A stretch of 64,000 nt of DNA. Source: Rickettsiales bacterium (lineage in GTDB: Bacteria; Pseudomonadota; Alphaproteobacteria; Rickettsiales; UBA6187). The number at the start of each line of letters is the position of its first letter. Position 1 is the first letter of the stretch. This document shows, in pieces, positions 12,494-22,336 of this stretch. The stretch is taken from the NCBI GenBank assembly GCA_040507985.1, contig JBEVNR010000001.1, positions 16,098 through 80,097 of the forward strand, in the 5' to 3' direction. The notes beneath the pieces are model-generated. The model was given only the letters and a program-made list of their open reading frames with translations. It made no database searches and was not told the DNA's origin. The position numbers and the translations under genes were made by a program.

Positions 12494-12556
12494 AGGACTT
12501 ACGTGAAACGATAGTTTTCGAGGAATTTTTAGGATCCGCACGCCCTTAAGTAACGG
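12494..12556. repeat. truncated AGGACT-type MITE-like element (one terminus only)
   Basis: AGGACTTACGTGAAACGATAGTTTTCGAGGAATTTTTAGGATCCGCACGCCCTTAAGTAAC matches the right-hand halves, read in reverse complement, of the elements at 22153..22297 and 27483..27624. No second terminus follows. Confidence 0.6.
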
Positions 12557-12612
12557 AAGGGTGCTGTATGTATAGTGTTCCCACCTAATACGTTACACTA
12601 TTTTTTATGTTT

Positions 12613-12685
12613 GTCATTCCCGCTTTCGGGGGAATGAAGAAGAAAAAATAATTAATTTATTAATTTTAATTCATGTTTTCACCTT
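12613..12685. repeat. hairpin + AT-rich spacer + TTAATTCATGTTTTCACC module
   Basis: GTCATTCCCGCTTTCGGGGGAATGA hairpin, then an AT-rich spacer, then TTAATTCATGTTTTCACC. The same architecture occurs at 23737..23800. Confidence 0.7.
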
Positions 12686-12785
12686 GGCGGGGCAGGCATG
12701 CTGCGAAAAAAAACTTGTGGAGCGACGAGAAAGCTTCTATATATTCTTTTTTCCAAAAAAGACATAATGCGAGACGCATAAACCT

Positions 12786-14360
12786 ATGGCAAAGGTATTG
12801 ATTTCCGACAAAATGAGTCCGCGCGCGCGCGATATTTTCCTTGCCGAAGGCGTGGACGTAGACGTAAAGACCGGCTTGAGCGAAGACGAATTGTGCAAGA
12901 TTATCGGCGAATATGACGGCTTGGCAATTCGTTCCTCAACCAAAGTCACCGGGAAAATTCTCGACGCCGCCGTTAATTTAAAGGTGATCGGACGCGCCGG
13001 CATCGGCGTCGACAACGTCGACGTTCCCGCCGCGACCAATAAGGGCGTGATCGTCATGAACACCCCGTTCGGCAATTCCGTCACCACCGCCGAACATGCC
13101 ATCGCGCTGATGATGTCCCTTGCGCGCTCCATTCCCGTGGCCAGCGCCTCGACCCACGCCGGAAAATGGGAGAAAAATCGCTTCATCGGGGTGGAAGTCG
13201 CCCATAAGACGCTTGGGTTGATCGGTTGCGGCAATATCGGCTCTAAAGTCGCCAAGCGCGCGCAAGGGCTGGAGATGGAAGTGATCGTGTACGATCCATA
13301 TTTAAGCGCCGAACACGCCGCCGAGCTGCATATTGAAAAAGTGTCGCTGGACGATTTGTTGGCGAAGGCCGACTTCATTTCGCTCCATACGCCGCTGACC
13401 GCCGAAACGCGCAATATTCTGGGCGAAAAAAATCTGGCGAAAACCAAAAAAGGCGTGCGCATCGTTAACTGCGCGCGCGGCGGACTGGTCGACGAGGCGG
13501 CGCTGCGCAAAGCCATCGACGAAGGACGCGTGGCCGGCGCGGCGCTCGACGTGTTCAGCGAAGAGCCGGCGACCGACAACGTGTTGTTCGGATGCGAAGA
13601 CGTGATTTGCACTCCCCATCTCGGCGCCTCCACCGCCGAAGCGCAAGAAAACGTCGCGTTGCAGGTGGCGGAACAAATTTCCGCCTATCTGAACCACGGG
13701 ACCATTAACAATGCGGTGAACATTCCGTCGCTTTCCGCCGAAGACGCCGCGAAACTCAAGCCCTACCTCACGCTTGGCGAACAGCTTGGCGCAATGCTCG
13801 GCCAAATTGCCGACGGCGCGCCCGAAGCCATCACCATCGAATATGACGGCGAAGTGTGCGACGCGAACACCAAGCCGGTGACGGCCACCATCGTGCGCGG
13901 CGTGCTGTCGCGTTCGTGCGAAGACGTGAATATCGTGAATGCCCTTTCTATGGCGCAACAACGCAACGTGAGCGTAAGCGACGTCAGCCATCGCCGCCGC
14001 CGCAACTACCGTTCCGTAATTTCCGTGACGATAAAGGCCGACGGCAAGGAGTACGGGGTTGCCGGCACCTTGTTCCGCAGCAGTCCTCGCATTTTGGAAT
14101 TAAACGGCACAAGGCTGGAGGCCGCACCCGGCAAACACATGCTCTACGTGAACAATAAAGACAAACCGGGATTTATCGGCCGTCTCGGCACGTTGCTCGG
14201 CGAAGCGCAGGTGAACATCGCCAACTTCCATTTGGGGCGCGGGGAACGTGCGGGGAACGCCATTGCCCTAGTTGAGTCCGACGTGGCGCTTACCGAAGCG
14301 ACCGCAAACGCCGTCGCCGCCTTGCCGGACGTCATCACCGCGAAATGCATTAACTTATAG
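12786..14360 (+). CDS. serA: D-3-phosphoglycerate dehydrogenase (long form with ACT domain)
   Basis: 524 aa. NAD-binding GLIGCGNIGS and catalytic region TPHLGAST are present, with a C-terminal regulatory extension. Confidence 0.95.
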   Translation: MAKVLISDKMSPRARDIFLAEGVDVDVKTGLSEDELCKIIGEYDGLAIRSSTKVTGKILDAAVNLKVIGRAGIGVDNVDVPAATNKGVIVMNTPFGNSVTTAEHAIALMMSLARSIPVASASTHAGKWEKNRFIGVEVAHKTLGLIGCGNIGSKVAKRAQGLEMEVIVYDPYLSAEHAAELHIEKVSLDDLLAKADFISLHTPLTAETRNILGEKNLAKTKKGVRIVNCARGGLVDEAALRKAIDEGRVAGAALDVFSEEPATDNVLFGCEDVICTPHLGASTAEAQENVALQVAEQISAYLNHGTINNAVNIPSLSAEDAAKLKPYLTLGEQLGAMLGQIADGAPEAITIEYDGEVCDANTKPVTATIVRGVLSRSCEDVNIVNALSMAQQRNVSVSDVSHRRRRNYRSVISVTIKADGKEYGVAGTLFRSSPRILELNGTRLEAAPGKHMLYVNNKDKPGFIGRLGTLLGEAQVNIANFHLGRGERAGNAIALVESDVALTEATANAVAALPDVITAKCINL

Positions 14361-14369
14361 GCGCACGGC

Positions 14370-14696
14370 ATGACCATAGCAACGCGGATATATACGCGCC
14401 TTTGCGGAAAGAAAAAAGGTTCCGACGCCTTAGGCAACGTCTATTTTGAGAACGGAAAAAAACGTTGGGTGTTGTATGCAAAGGGCAACGACGCCTCTTC
14501 CGTCTGTCCGACGTGGTTTGGCTGGCTGCACCATACGACGGACGACGTCGCGCCGCAACCATACGCATGGCAATGCGAGCATGAACCGAACCATACCGGC
14601 ACGCAATATGCCTACCGTCCGCCCGGGCGCCGCGAGGCCCCGTCCGAACGACCCGCCCCCATAAAATATGGACCGTGGACCCCGCCCTCCGCGTAA
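14370..14696 (+). CDS. NDUFA12-like NADH:ubiquinone oxidoreductase subunit family protein
   Basis: 108 aa. LGNVYFE..KRWVLY...P.WFGWLHHTTD...W...HEPN.TGT..AYRPPG matches the alphaproteobacterial NDUFA12-family pattern as I recall it. Confidence 0.8.
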   Translation: MTIATRIYTRLCGKKKGSDALGNVYFENGKKRWVLYAKGNDASSVCPTWFGWLHHTTDDVAPQPYAWQCEHEPNHTGTQYAYRPPGRREAPSERPAPIKYGPWTPPSA

Positions 14697-14734
14697 ATTT
14701 CGCATCGCCTTAGGTAGGCCAAAGGATTGCCGAT

Positions 14735-15274
14735 ATGAAGCACGTTTTTGAAACGATTACCGGTTTCGTCGTCTTGGCAGCCGCCGCCGTTTTCATATGG
14801 GTATCCTATGATCGTGGCCATATTGCCTCCTTTAAGGAAGATGGCTACGTCGTTTCCGCCGATTTCGGCGAAATAGGATCGCTCGCTTCCGGCGCCGACG
14901 TGCGCGTGGGCGGAGTAAAGATCGGAACGGTCGCGCACGTGTCGCTCGAGCCTCGCACCTATCGTCCGAAGGTGGACATGCGCATCCATAACGACGTGGC
15001 GTTGCCGGACGACACCTCCGCCGCCATCGTCAGCGACGGGCTGCTCGGCGGAAAATACGTCGCGCTCTCTCCGGGGGCCTCCGAATCCATGCTAAAATCC
15101 GGCGCTTCCCTCGAATTCACGCAAGACGCGGTCAGCCTCGAAGCCTTAATCGGAAAATTTGCCTTCGGCGGCATCGGCGGTGACAAGGAAAAAGACCTCG
15201 ACGAACCTTCCGCCGGCGACCCTTTTGCCGAAGGAAGCGCTGCGCCTTCTTCCGAAACGCCGCAAGAGCCATAA
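14735..15274 (+). CDS. mlaD: MlaD/Mce-domain outer-membrane lipid asymmetry protein
   Basis: 179 aa with an N-terminal TM helix, then an Mce domain (VRVGGVKIGTV ... LPDDTSAAIVSDGLLGGKYVALSPG). Confidence 0.78.
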   Translation: MKHVFETITGFVVLAAAAVFIWVSYDRGHIASFKEDGYVVSADFGEIGSLASGADVRVGGVKIGTVAHVSLEPRTYRPKVDMRIHNDVALPDDTSAAIVSDGLLGGKYVALSPGASESMLKSGASLEFTQDAVSLEALIGKFAFGGIGGDKEKDLDEPSAGDPFAEGSAAPSSETPQEP

Positions 15275-15555
15275 GCGTTTCGGATAACCCCTCCGTTTTA
15301 AAAAACGTAAAAATCGTCGCTTTCACAAAACGTCAATCTATAGTTTGCCGCCCTTTCTTTCGCCCATCCATGCGCCGTCACGTTCGATACCCCGCATGAT
15401 TCGCCCTCGCAATACGAAAGGCATTCATATAAATCTCTTGCACAAGAAATCTATCGTATGTAACGCCATCTGATAACAATACCTGTATTTTTACTAAAAA
15501 CCGCTTTATTATGACATGGCGTTCCTCTTAAATAGACTACGGAAAAGGCAGAATC

Positions 15556-15993
15556 TTGACGAAAAACATATATTTTCATTTCGGCGTATACGGCGCGTGT
15601 TTCGACGAAAGCGGAACGCACGTTCTGGCGATCGTCAAGCGGCGCGGCGCCTATGCGGGACGGTACGATCTACCGGGCGGCACCGTCGACGTGCCGGAGA
15701 CTCTCGAAGACACGCTTCGCCGCGAAATAAAGGAGGAAACGGGCTGCGTCGTCGAGAGCGCAATGCAGCGCGAAACTCTCGCCACTCTTTTTGAGTATGC
15801 GGACGAAAACGGACGTCGCGCCACATTATATCACGTATGGCTATTATATGACGCAACCGTGACGGGCGTTCCTTCCGACGCGGGCGACGGACTCGACAGC
15901 GACGGCGCGCTATGGCTTTCATTAGCAAAAATTAACGAAAGCAACGTTTCGCCGGCGCTCCTGCACGTCGCTCGGCGATTTCCATCCACATAA
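15556..15993 (+). CDS. NUDIX hydrolase
   Basis: Nudix box GGTVDVPETLEDTLRREIKEETG. The track start is a TTG. Confidence 0.85.
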   Translation: MTKNIYFHFGVYGACFDESGTHVLAIVKRRGAYAGRYDLPGGTVDVPETLEDTLRREIKEETGCVVESAMQRETLATLFEYADENGRRATLYHVWLLYDATVTGVPSDAGDGLDSDGALWLSLAKINESNVSPALLHVARRFPST

Positions 15994-16002
15994 AGCTTTA
16001 GT

Positions 16003-16143
16003 AGGACTGACGCAGTGCGTAGATTTTTGAGCGATTTATAGGTCAAAAACGGATAAAAAGCGCAGCGTACTCAACGTACGTGAGTATTTTTAGACGATTT
16101 TTACCGCAGAAAGCGCCAAAAAAATGCGTGCTGCGTCAGTCCT
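16003..16143. mobile_element. AGGACT-type MITE-like palindromic element
   Basis: Termini are AGGACTGACGCAGTGCGTAGATTTTT and the reverse complement of AAAAAAATGCGTGCTGCGTCAGTCCT. Central core GCGCAGCGTACTCAACGTACGTGAG. Lies between the NUDIX gene and purL. Confidence 0.7.
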
Positions 16144-16261
16144 ATTTAGGTCAGGCGAATTTCCGTTCCGATAGCGCACCCGATTTTTCGCCGGAAATTT
16201 TTATTTTTCCTGTTACTATGCGAAACGAAACCATGTTAACGCGCATTACACGCTATATTTT

Positions 16262-18517
16262 ATGTCCGACTACACGCCCGTCATTCCCGACAACGCTCCC
16301 ATCGGCGAAGAGGCGGCGCATCTGCACAATCTAAGCGTCCAAGAATATAGCGTTGCCTGCAACGCGCTGGGACGGCGTCCGAATTTAACGGAAATCGGCA
16401 TTTTTTCCGCCATGTGGTCGGAACATTGTTCGTATAAATCAACCCGCAACCATTTGTCGAAGCTCCCGACGAAAGCCCCGTGGGTGATTTGCGGGCCGGG
16501 CGAAAACGCCGGCGTCATCGACATAGAAGACGGCGACGCCGCCATTTTTAAGATGGAGAGCCACAATCATCCGTCCTTCATCGAGCCGTACCAAGGCGCG
16601 GCGACGGGCGTCGGAGGCATTCTGCGCGACGTGTTCACCATGGGCGCGCGTCCCGTCGCGAACTTAAACGCGCTGCGATTCGGCGCGCTCGACCACGAAA
16701 AAACGCCGTATTTATTGTCGGGCGTCGTGGCGGGAATAGGCGGATACGGCAATTGCGTCGGCGTGCCGACGGTGGGGGGGGAATGCGGATTTCATCCCGC
16801 CTATAACGGCAATATTCTGGTGAACGCCATGAACGTAGGCGTGGCGAAGGCCGACCGCATTTTCTACAGCGCGGCGGCGGCGGTGGGGGCGCCGGTCATT
16901 TATTTCGGCGCAAAAACCGGGCGCGACGGCATTAACGGCGCGGTCATGGCCTCCGGCATTTTCGGGGAAGATTCCGCCGCGAAAAGGCCGACGGTGCAAG
17001 TCGGCGATCCGTTCATGGAAAAACTGGTGCTGGAAGCCTGCCTGGAGTTGATGCGGGAAGATGCGATCCTCGCCATTCAAGACATGGGCGCCGCCGGGCT
17101 GACCTGTTCGTCGCTGGAAATGGCCGACAAGGGCGGGACCGGCATCCACCTGCAATTAGATAAGGTGCCGCTGCGCGAAAAAGGGATGACCCCCTACGAA
17201 ATTATGCTATCGGAAAGCCAAGAGCGCATGCTCACGGTGTTAAAACCCGGATCGGAAGAAATCGCCGCGCGTATTTTCAACAAATGGGAAGTGCCGTGGG
17301 CGGTCGTCGGAAGCATCACCGACACGGGGCGCATCGTGCTGACGATCGGCGAAACCGTCGTCGCCGACATGCAGGTGAAGCCGCTTTCCGAGCAGGCGCC
17401 GCGCTATGATCGTCCGTACGTCATAAAAAATTCGTCCAGGGAAATACGCCCCGGCGACGTGACGCCGCCGGCGCCGCTTTCCGACGTTTTGCTTAGGTTA
17501 ATGGCGACGCCGGAGAATTGCGCGAAACGCTGGATCGCGGAACAATACGACTCGCAGGTGATGGGAGACACGATTTATAATTCCGGCAAGGCGGACGCCG
17601 CGCTCGTGCGCGTCCACGGCACGAAAAAAGCCCTGGCAATGACGACGGACTGTACGCCGCGCTATTGTAAGGCCGACCCGAAGCGCGGCGGCGCGCAAGC
17701 GGTGGCGGAAACGTACCGCAATATCTGCGCAACCGGCGCCACGCCGCTCGCCATCACCAACTGCTTGAATTTCGGCAATCCGGAGATTCCCGAGATAATG
17801 GGGCAGTTGGTCGGCTGTCTGGAAGGCATGGCGGAGGCGTGCCGCGCGCTCGATTACCCCGTCGTATCAGGCAACGTGTCGCTCTATAACTCCACCGGCG
17901 ACGAGGCGATTTTACCCACGCCGGCCATCGGCGGGGTGGGATTGCTCCGCGACCTGTCGAAACGCCTCGACATGGCGTTCAAGAAAGAAGGCAACCTTAT
18001 CGCGCTGGTCGGCGCCCCCGGAGACGGGCATCTCGGATGTTCGCTGTATATGCGCGAATTGTTCGGCGACGAAGACGCCGTCCCTCCCCTGCCCCGCTTG
18101 ACGGACGAAAAACGCAACGGCGCCTTTATCCGCGACGCCATAGGCAAAGGATTGCTCGAAGCCGCGCACGACGTCTCCGACGGAGGCGTCGCCTGCGCCG
18201 TCGCCGACATGGCGTTGGCGGGAAATATCGGAGCGATGATAACCGAGGCGTGCGGACTGCCCGAGCACGCCTTTTGCTTCGGCGAAGACCAAGCGCGGTA
18301 CGTCGTCGAAATTTCGGAAGAAAACGTGAAAACCGTCAGCCAATTGGCGGAATCGCATCACGCGCCGCTCGCGTTTATTGGGCTGGCGGAAGGCGCCGCC
18401 GTGACGTTGTTCGGTCACGAAACATCGCTTGCGGCGCTTCGGGCCGCAACCGAGAACGTGATTCCGGGACTGTTCGCCGGTCGCGCCGAACGCGCCGCTT
18501 TTTCCGTTCGGACTTAA
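16262..18517 (+). CDS. purL: phosphoribosylformylglycinamidine synthase subunit PurL
   Basis: 751 aa with the conserved [22 protein letters not shown] block and duplicated AIR-synthase-like domains. Confidence 0.97.
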   Translation: MSDYTPVIPDNAPIGEEAAHLHNLSVQEYSVACNALGRRPNLTEIGIFSAMWSEHCSYKSTRNHLSKLPTKAPWVICGPGENAGVIDIEDGDAAIFKMESHNHPSFIEPYQGAATGVGGILRDVFTMGARPVANLNALRFGALDHEKTPYLLSGVVAGIGGYGNCVGVPTVGGECGFHPAYNGNILVNAMNVGVAKADRIFYSAAAAVGAPVIYFGAKTGRDGINGAVMASGIFGEDSAAKRPTVQVGDPFMEKLVLEACLELMREDAILAIQDMGAAGLTCSSLEMADKGGTGIHLQLDKVPLREKGMTPYEIMLSESQERMLTVLKPGSEEIAARIFNKWEVPWAVVGSITDTGRIVLTIGETVVADMQVKPLSEQAPRYDRPYVIKNSSREIRPGDVTPPAPLSDVLLRLMATPENCAKRWIAEQYDSQVMGDTIYNSGKADAALVRVHGTKKALAMTTDCTPRYCKADPKRGGAQAVAETYRNICATGATPLAITNCLNFGNPEIPEIMGQLVGCLEGMAEACRALDYPVVSGNVSLYNSTGDEAILPTPAIGGVGLLRDLSKRLDMAFKKEGNLIALVGAPGDGHLGCSLYMRELFGDEDAVPPLPRLTDEKRNGAFIRDAIGKGLLEAAHDVSDGGVACAVADMALAGNIGAMITEACGLPEHAFCFGEDQARYVVEISEENVKTVSQLAESHHAPLAFIGLAEGAAVTLFGHETSLAALRAATENVIPGLFAGRAERAAFSVRT

Positions 18518-18733
18518 GCTGTGCGGATTTTTTGGAAACGAGACGATTTTCAGATTGTCGCTTGATCTCTTGCCTAAACGAGGAGTATAAGTGCACAGGT
18601 TACGCTATGCCTTTCTAATTGAACGTATTGGGAGAGCATGACGAGGTATCCGTCGCTTTCGCCGGAATTGAACCTCTTCTATCCTTATCAATTTCGTTCG
18701 GTATATTACCGCAATACAATTAAGTGACGCCCT

Positions 18734-20032
18734 ATGTCTACGCATCGCCGCACGCCTTTCTTATCGCTCCGCTTTCTCGGCCTGCTTGCCTCTCTCTGCG
18801 GAGCGTCGCTCTCTTCCGCCGCGTGGGCGGTCAATTTTGAGACGCCGGCGCCGTACGCGGTGTTGATGGACGCCGAAACCGGAGCCGTCATCTACGAAAA
18901 AAACGCGGAAGAGGAAATGCATCCCTCTTCTTTGACCAAGTTAATGACGCTTTACGTGCTGTTCGATCAATTGAAAAAAGGCGCGCTGAAACTTGACGAC
19001 ACGTTTATCGTCAGCGAAGCGGCCTGGCGCATGGGCGGATCGAAAATGTTCGTTAAGGTGAGCGATCGCGTCAAGGTGGAAGACCTCATCCAAGGCATCG
19101 CCGTGCAATCGGGCAACGACGCCTGCATGGTGGTCGCCGAAGGGGTGGCGTCGACCGAAGCGGCGTTTGCCGAAATAATGAACGCCGAAGCCAAGCGTCT
19201 GGGCATGACGCAAAGCCATTTCCTTAACGCCTCCGGCTGGCCGCAAGAAGATCACCTCATGAGCGCCATGGACATTGCCGTGCTCACGCGCCATATCGTC
19301 ACCGATTTTCCTGAATATTACCGTTATTTCGCGGAGAAGGAATTCACCTATAACGGCATTACGCAACACAACCGCAACCGCTTGCTGTTCCGCGACGTCG
19401 GGGCGGACGGGTTAAAAACCGGCCACACCGAAGACGGCGGATACGGGCTTGCGGCCTCCGCCGAACAAAACGGACGCCGCCTGATCGCCGTCGTCAACGG
19501 GCTTCCAAGCGACAACGCCCGCACCGACGAAGCGGAGAAAATGCTGCAATACGGATTTCGTTATTTTAGCAACGTCACGCTTTTTCCTGCCGATAAGCCC
19601 ATCGACTCCCTGCCGGTATGGCTCGGCGACGTAAGCGAGACGGGCCTTTACCTAAAAAAACCGGTGCGCGCCGTCGTTCCCAGGGAAGGCAAGGCGCTGG
19701 TGCGCTCCGCCGCCGTTATTTACGACTCTCCGTTGCGCGCGCCCATTCCGAAAGACGCGCAAATAGCGACGTTAAAGCTTGTCGACTCGTCAGGCAAGGC
19801 AAGTTTCTTTCCGTTGTTCGCCGCCGAGGAGATAAGGGAGGCGAGTCTCGGCATGCGCATTCTTAAACGCATGAATTTCTATGTTCGCACGACCTTATTA
19901 GCCAAAAAACCGGAAAAAGACGCCATCTCCGACCGCTCCGCTCCTTCGGCGAAAAAACCTGCGGCGACCACGTCGAACGCGCCAAACCCCGCTCCCCTTA
20001 AGGCTCCCGTTTCCGAAGCGCCGAGCGAGTGA
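18734..20032 (+). CDS. D-alanyl-D-alanine carboxypeptidase (low-MW PBP, PBP5/6 class)
   Basis: Signal peptide, then SLTK (SxxK), SGND (SxN) and KTGHT (KTG). The C-terminal tail is Lys/Pro/Ala-rich and low-complexity. Confidence 0.92.
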   Translation: MSTHRRTPFLSLRFLGLLASLCGASLSSAAWAVNFETPAPYAVLMDAETGAVIYEKNAEEEMHPSSLTKLMTLYVLFDQLKKGALKLDDTFIVSEAAWRMGGSKMFVKVSDRVKVEDLIQGIAVQSGNDACMVVAEGVASTEAAFAEIMNAEAKRLGMTQSHFLNASGWPQEDHLMSAMDIAVLTRHIVTDFPEYYRYFAEKEFTYNGITQHNRNRLLFRDVGADGLKTGHTEDGGYGLAASAEQNGRRLIAVVNGLPSDNARTDEAEKMLQYGFRYFSNVTLFPADKPIDSLPVWLGDVSETGLYLKKPVRAVVPREGKALVRSAAVIYDSPLRAPIPKDAQIATLKLVDSSGKASFFPLFAAEEIREASLGMRILKRMNFYVRTTLLAKKPEKDAISDRSAPSAKKPAATTSNAPNPAPLKAPVSEAPSE

Positions 20033-20061
20033 TAAAAAGGGGGAACCCTCCCCTTCGCGCC

Positions 20062-21966
20062 CTACGCCGCCTCTTCGAGCAATTTATAAATGCGCTTGCC
20101 GTAGGCGTGCGGGTCTTGCGGCGGCTCGCCTTCGGAAATGCATGCCTGGTCGAAAAGAATCCATATTTTCTCCTTTGATTTTTCGTCGTCCTTCGCCTTC
20201 ATGATCGCCTGAACGATGGGGTGTCCGGGGTTCACTTCAAGAATTTTCGGGGCGGCGTGCGACAATTGTTTTTGCGCGATGAGGAAGCGTTCCAGGCGCA
20301 TGTCCATTCCGCCTTCCTGCACCGTCAGGCACACGGGGGAGTCGGAAAGTTTTTTGGAGACGCGCGCCTCTAAGATATGGCCTCCCAGCGTTTCCTTAAA
20401 CAACGCGCGGATTTGCGCGTGCTCCGCTTCGTCGACCTCGCTTTCCTTCTCCTTGTCGCCGTCGCCGCCTTCAGCCTCGCTTAAGTCAAGCCCGGCGCGG
20501 GAGACGTTCGTCATGGGCGCGCCGTCATAATCGTGCGTGACGTTCACCCAAAAATCGTCTACGGGATCGGTCAAAATCACGACCTCCAGCCCACGCGCCT
20601 TAAACCCTTCCAATTGCGGACTGTTAAGGGCGGTTTTTTCGTCTTCGGCGATCAGGTAATATATCTCTTTCTGCCCGTCCTTCATGCGCGCCTTATAGTC
20701 TTTTAGCGAGATAAGCTCGCCGGGAGAGGCGGACGTCGAAAAAAGGCACAAATCGAGCAATTTTTCCTTCTCGACGTCGATGGACTCGCACAACCCCTCC
20801 TTCAGCACCGCGCCGAAACGACGCCAGAAATTGACGTAGGCGTCGCGGTCGCCGTCCATGCGCTTTTGCAGTTCCGCCAAAATTTTATTGCCGGCGGTTT
20901 TGCGGATTTTACGCAGCACGGCGTTATGTTGCAGGGTTTCGCGGCTAATGTTAAGGGGCAGGTCTTCGGAATCGATCACCCCGCGCACGAAGCGCAGGTG
21001 CGGAGGAATGAGTTCGGCTTTTTCGTCGGCGATGAACACGCGCTTGACGTATAGTCGCACCCGCGCGACGCGCTCTTGCGAGAACAGGTCGAACGGCTTT
21101 TCGGTGGGAACGAACAAGAGATAGGTAAAGGCGACGGCGCCTTCCACCTTGCCGTGAAGCGTGGCCCACGGTTCGTCGCCGGCATGGGCGACGTGGCGAT
21201 AAAATTCGGCGTATTGGACGGCTTCCACGTTTTTCGGAGGCTCGGTCCACAAGGCGGTGCCTTCGTTGATGATTTCCTGCGGCGTTTCCTCCGGCTTGCC
21301 GTCCAACCCTTGCTTAACCGTTTTTAGTTCGATGGGGTACGGCACGTGGTCGGAATAGGTGCGAACGATGTGGCGAATGCGAAATTCGGACGCGTATTCC
21401 GCGTCTTCGTCGCGCAAATGCAGCGTTACCCGGGTGCCGCGCTTCGGAGCGGAATCGAGCGGCGCCTCCTCGACGTCGTAGCCGTCTCCGCCTTCCGACG
21501 TCCATCTATGCGCCACGTCGCTTCCCGCCGCCCTCGTCGTCACTTCCACCTTATGCGCCACCATGAAGGACGAATAGAACCCGACGCCGAAGCGGCCTAT
21601 TAAATTCAGTTGATCGCCGCCCTCCTTCGCGTGCTTCATGGCGTCGATGAATTGCTGCGTGCCGGACTTCGCGATGGTGCCGAGATTCTCGATCAGTTCC
21701 TCGCGCGTCATGCCGACGCCGTTATCCTCTACTTCGACGACGTTTTTTTCTTCGTCCGCGCGAATCACGATGCGAAGCCGGTCGCCGTCCTCTGCCGTAA
21801 AATCGCCCTTTTGCAGCCCGTAACGACATTTGTCGCAGGCGTCGGACGCGTTCGACGCCAATTCGCGCAAAAATATGTCCTTGTTCGTGTAGAGCGAATG
21901 GATCATCAATTGCAGAATTTTTCCCGTTTCCGCCCCAAAGGCGTAGGCGTGTTTTTGCGCGTTCAT
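20062..21966 (-). CDS. htpG: molecular chaperone HtpG (Hsp90)
   Basis: 634 aa with the N-terminal ATPase motifs RELASNASDACDK and GRFGVGFYS. Confidence 0.97.
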   Translation of the reverse strand: MNAQKHAYAFGAETGKILQLMIHSLYTNKDIFLRELASNASDACDKCRYGLQKGDFTAEDGDRLRIVIRADEEKNVVEVEDNGVGMTREELIENLGTIAKSGTQQFIDAMKHAKEGGDQLNLIGRFGVGFYSSFMVAHKVEVTTRAAGSDVAHRWTSEGGDGYDVEEAPLDSAPKRGTRVTLHLRDEDAEYASEFRIRHIVRTYSDHVPYPIELKTVKQGLDGKPEETPQEIINEGTALWTEPPKNVEAVQYAEFYRHVAHAGDEPWATLHGKVEGAVAFTYLLFVPTEKPFDLFSQERVARVRLYVKRVFIADEKAELIPPHLRFVRGVIDSEDLPLNISRETLQHNAVLRKIRKTAGNKILAELQKRMDGDRDAYVNFWRRFGAVLKEGLCESIDVEKEKLLDLCLFSTSASPGELISLKDYKARMKDGQKEIYYLIAEDEKTALNSPQLEGFKARGLEVVILTDPVDDFWVNVTHDYDGAPMTNVSRAGLDLSEAEGGDGDKEKESEVDEAEHAQIRALFKETLGGHILEARVSKKLSDSPVCLTVQEGGMDMRLERFLIAQKQLSHAAPKILEVNPGHPIVQAIMKAKDDEKSKEKIWILFDQACISEGEPPQDPHAYGKRIYKLLEEAA

Positions 21967-22152
21967 GACAGCGACGAAACTCCGTTTTCGTTAGACTTGT
22001 TACGTAATATAAGGCGCCGGGAACAAAATTCAACAGAAACGAAAAAATGAACGTAGTGTATGACGCGAAATATATCGCGTCCAATTTTAGACCTAACAAC
22101 GCGACTTGCCATAGCGCTTGCGGAGAATGATATATGCGGTATAGTTAAGGTT

Positions 22153-22297
22153 AGGGCTTACGCGATACGTCGTTTTTTCGGCAATTTTGTCGTCGCCTCC
22201 GTCCTCGAATCCTCACGTACGTAAAGTACTCTGAGGTTACTATAAGGGCGTGCGGCTCCTAAAAATTGCCGAAAAAACGACGTATCGCGTCAGTCCT
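22153..22297. mobile_element. AGGACT-type MITE-like palindromic element
   Basis: Near-perfect ~35-nt terminal inverted repeats: AGGGCTTACGCGATACGTCGTTTTTTCGGCAATTTT and the reverse complement of AAAAATTGCCGAAAAAACGACGTATCGCGTCAGTCCT. It ends 40 nt upstream of the gltX start. Confidence 0.8.
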
Positions 22298-22336
22298 AAA
22301 GGTAATTCTTTTGTAAACACGATTTTTGCCAAACCT

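Noticed and set aside
20036-20054. Hairpin AAGGGG-GAACCCT-CCCCTT between the convergent carboxypeptidase and htpG genes as a bidirectional terminator
   Set aside because: It has only a 6-bp stem and no flanking U/A tracts. Too weak to call.
22250-22336. N-terminal extension of gltX in the ORF track
   Set aside because: The extension is translated from the right arm of the palindromic element at 22153..22297. Canonical GltX begins a few residues before the HIGH motif, as with the ATG at 22337.
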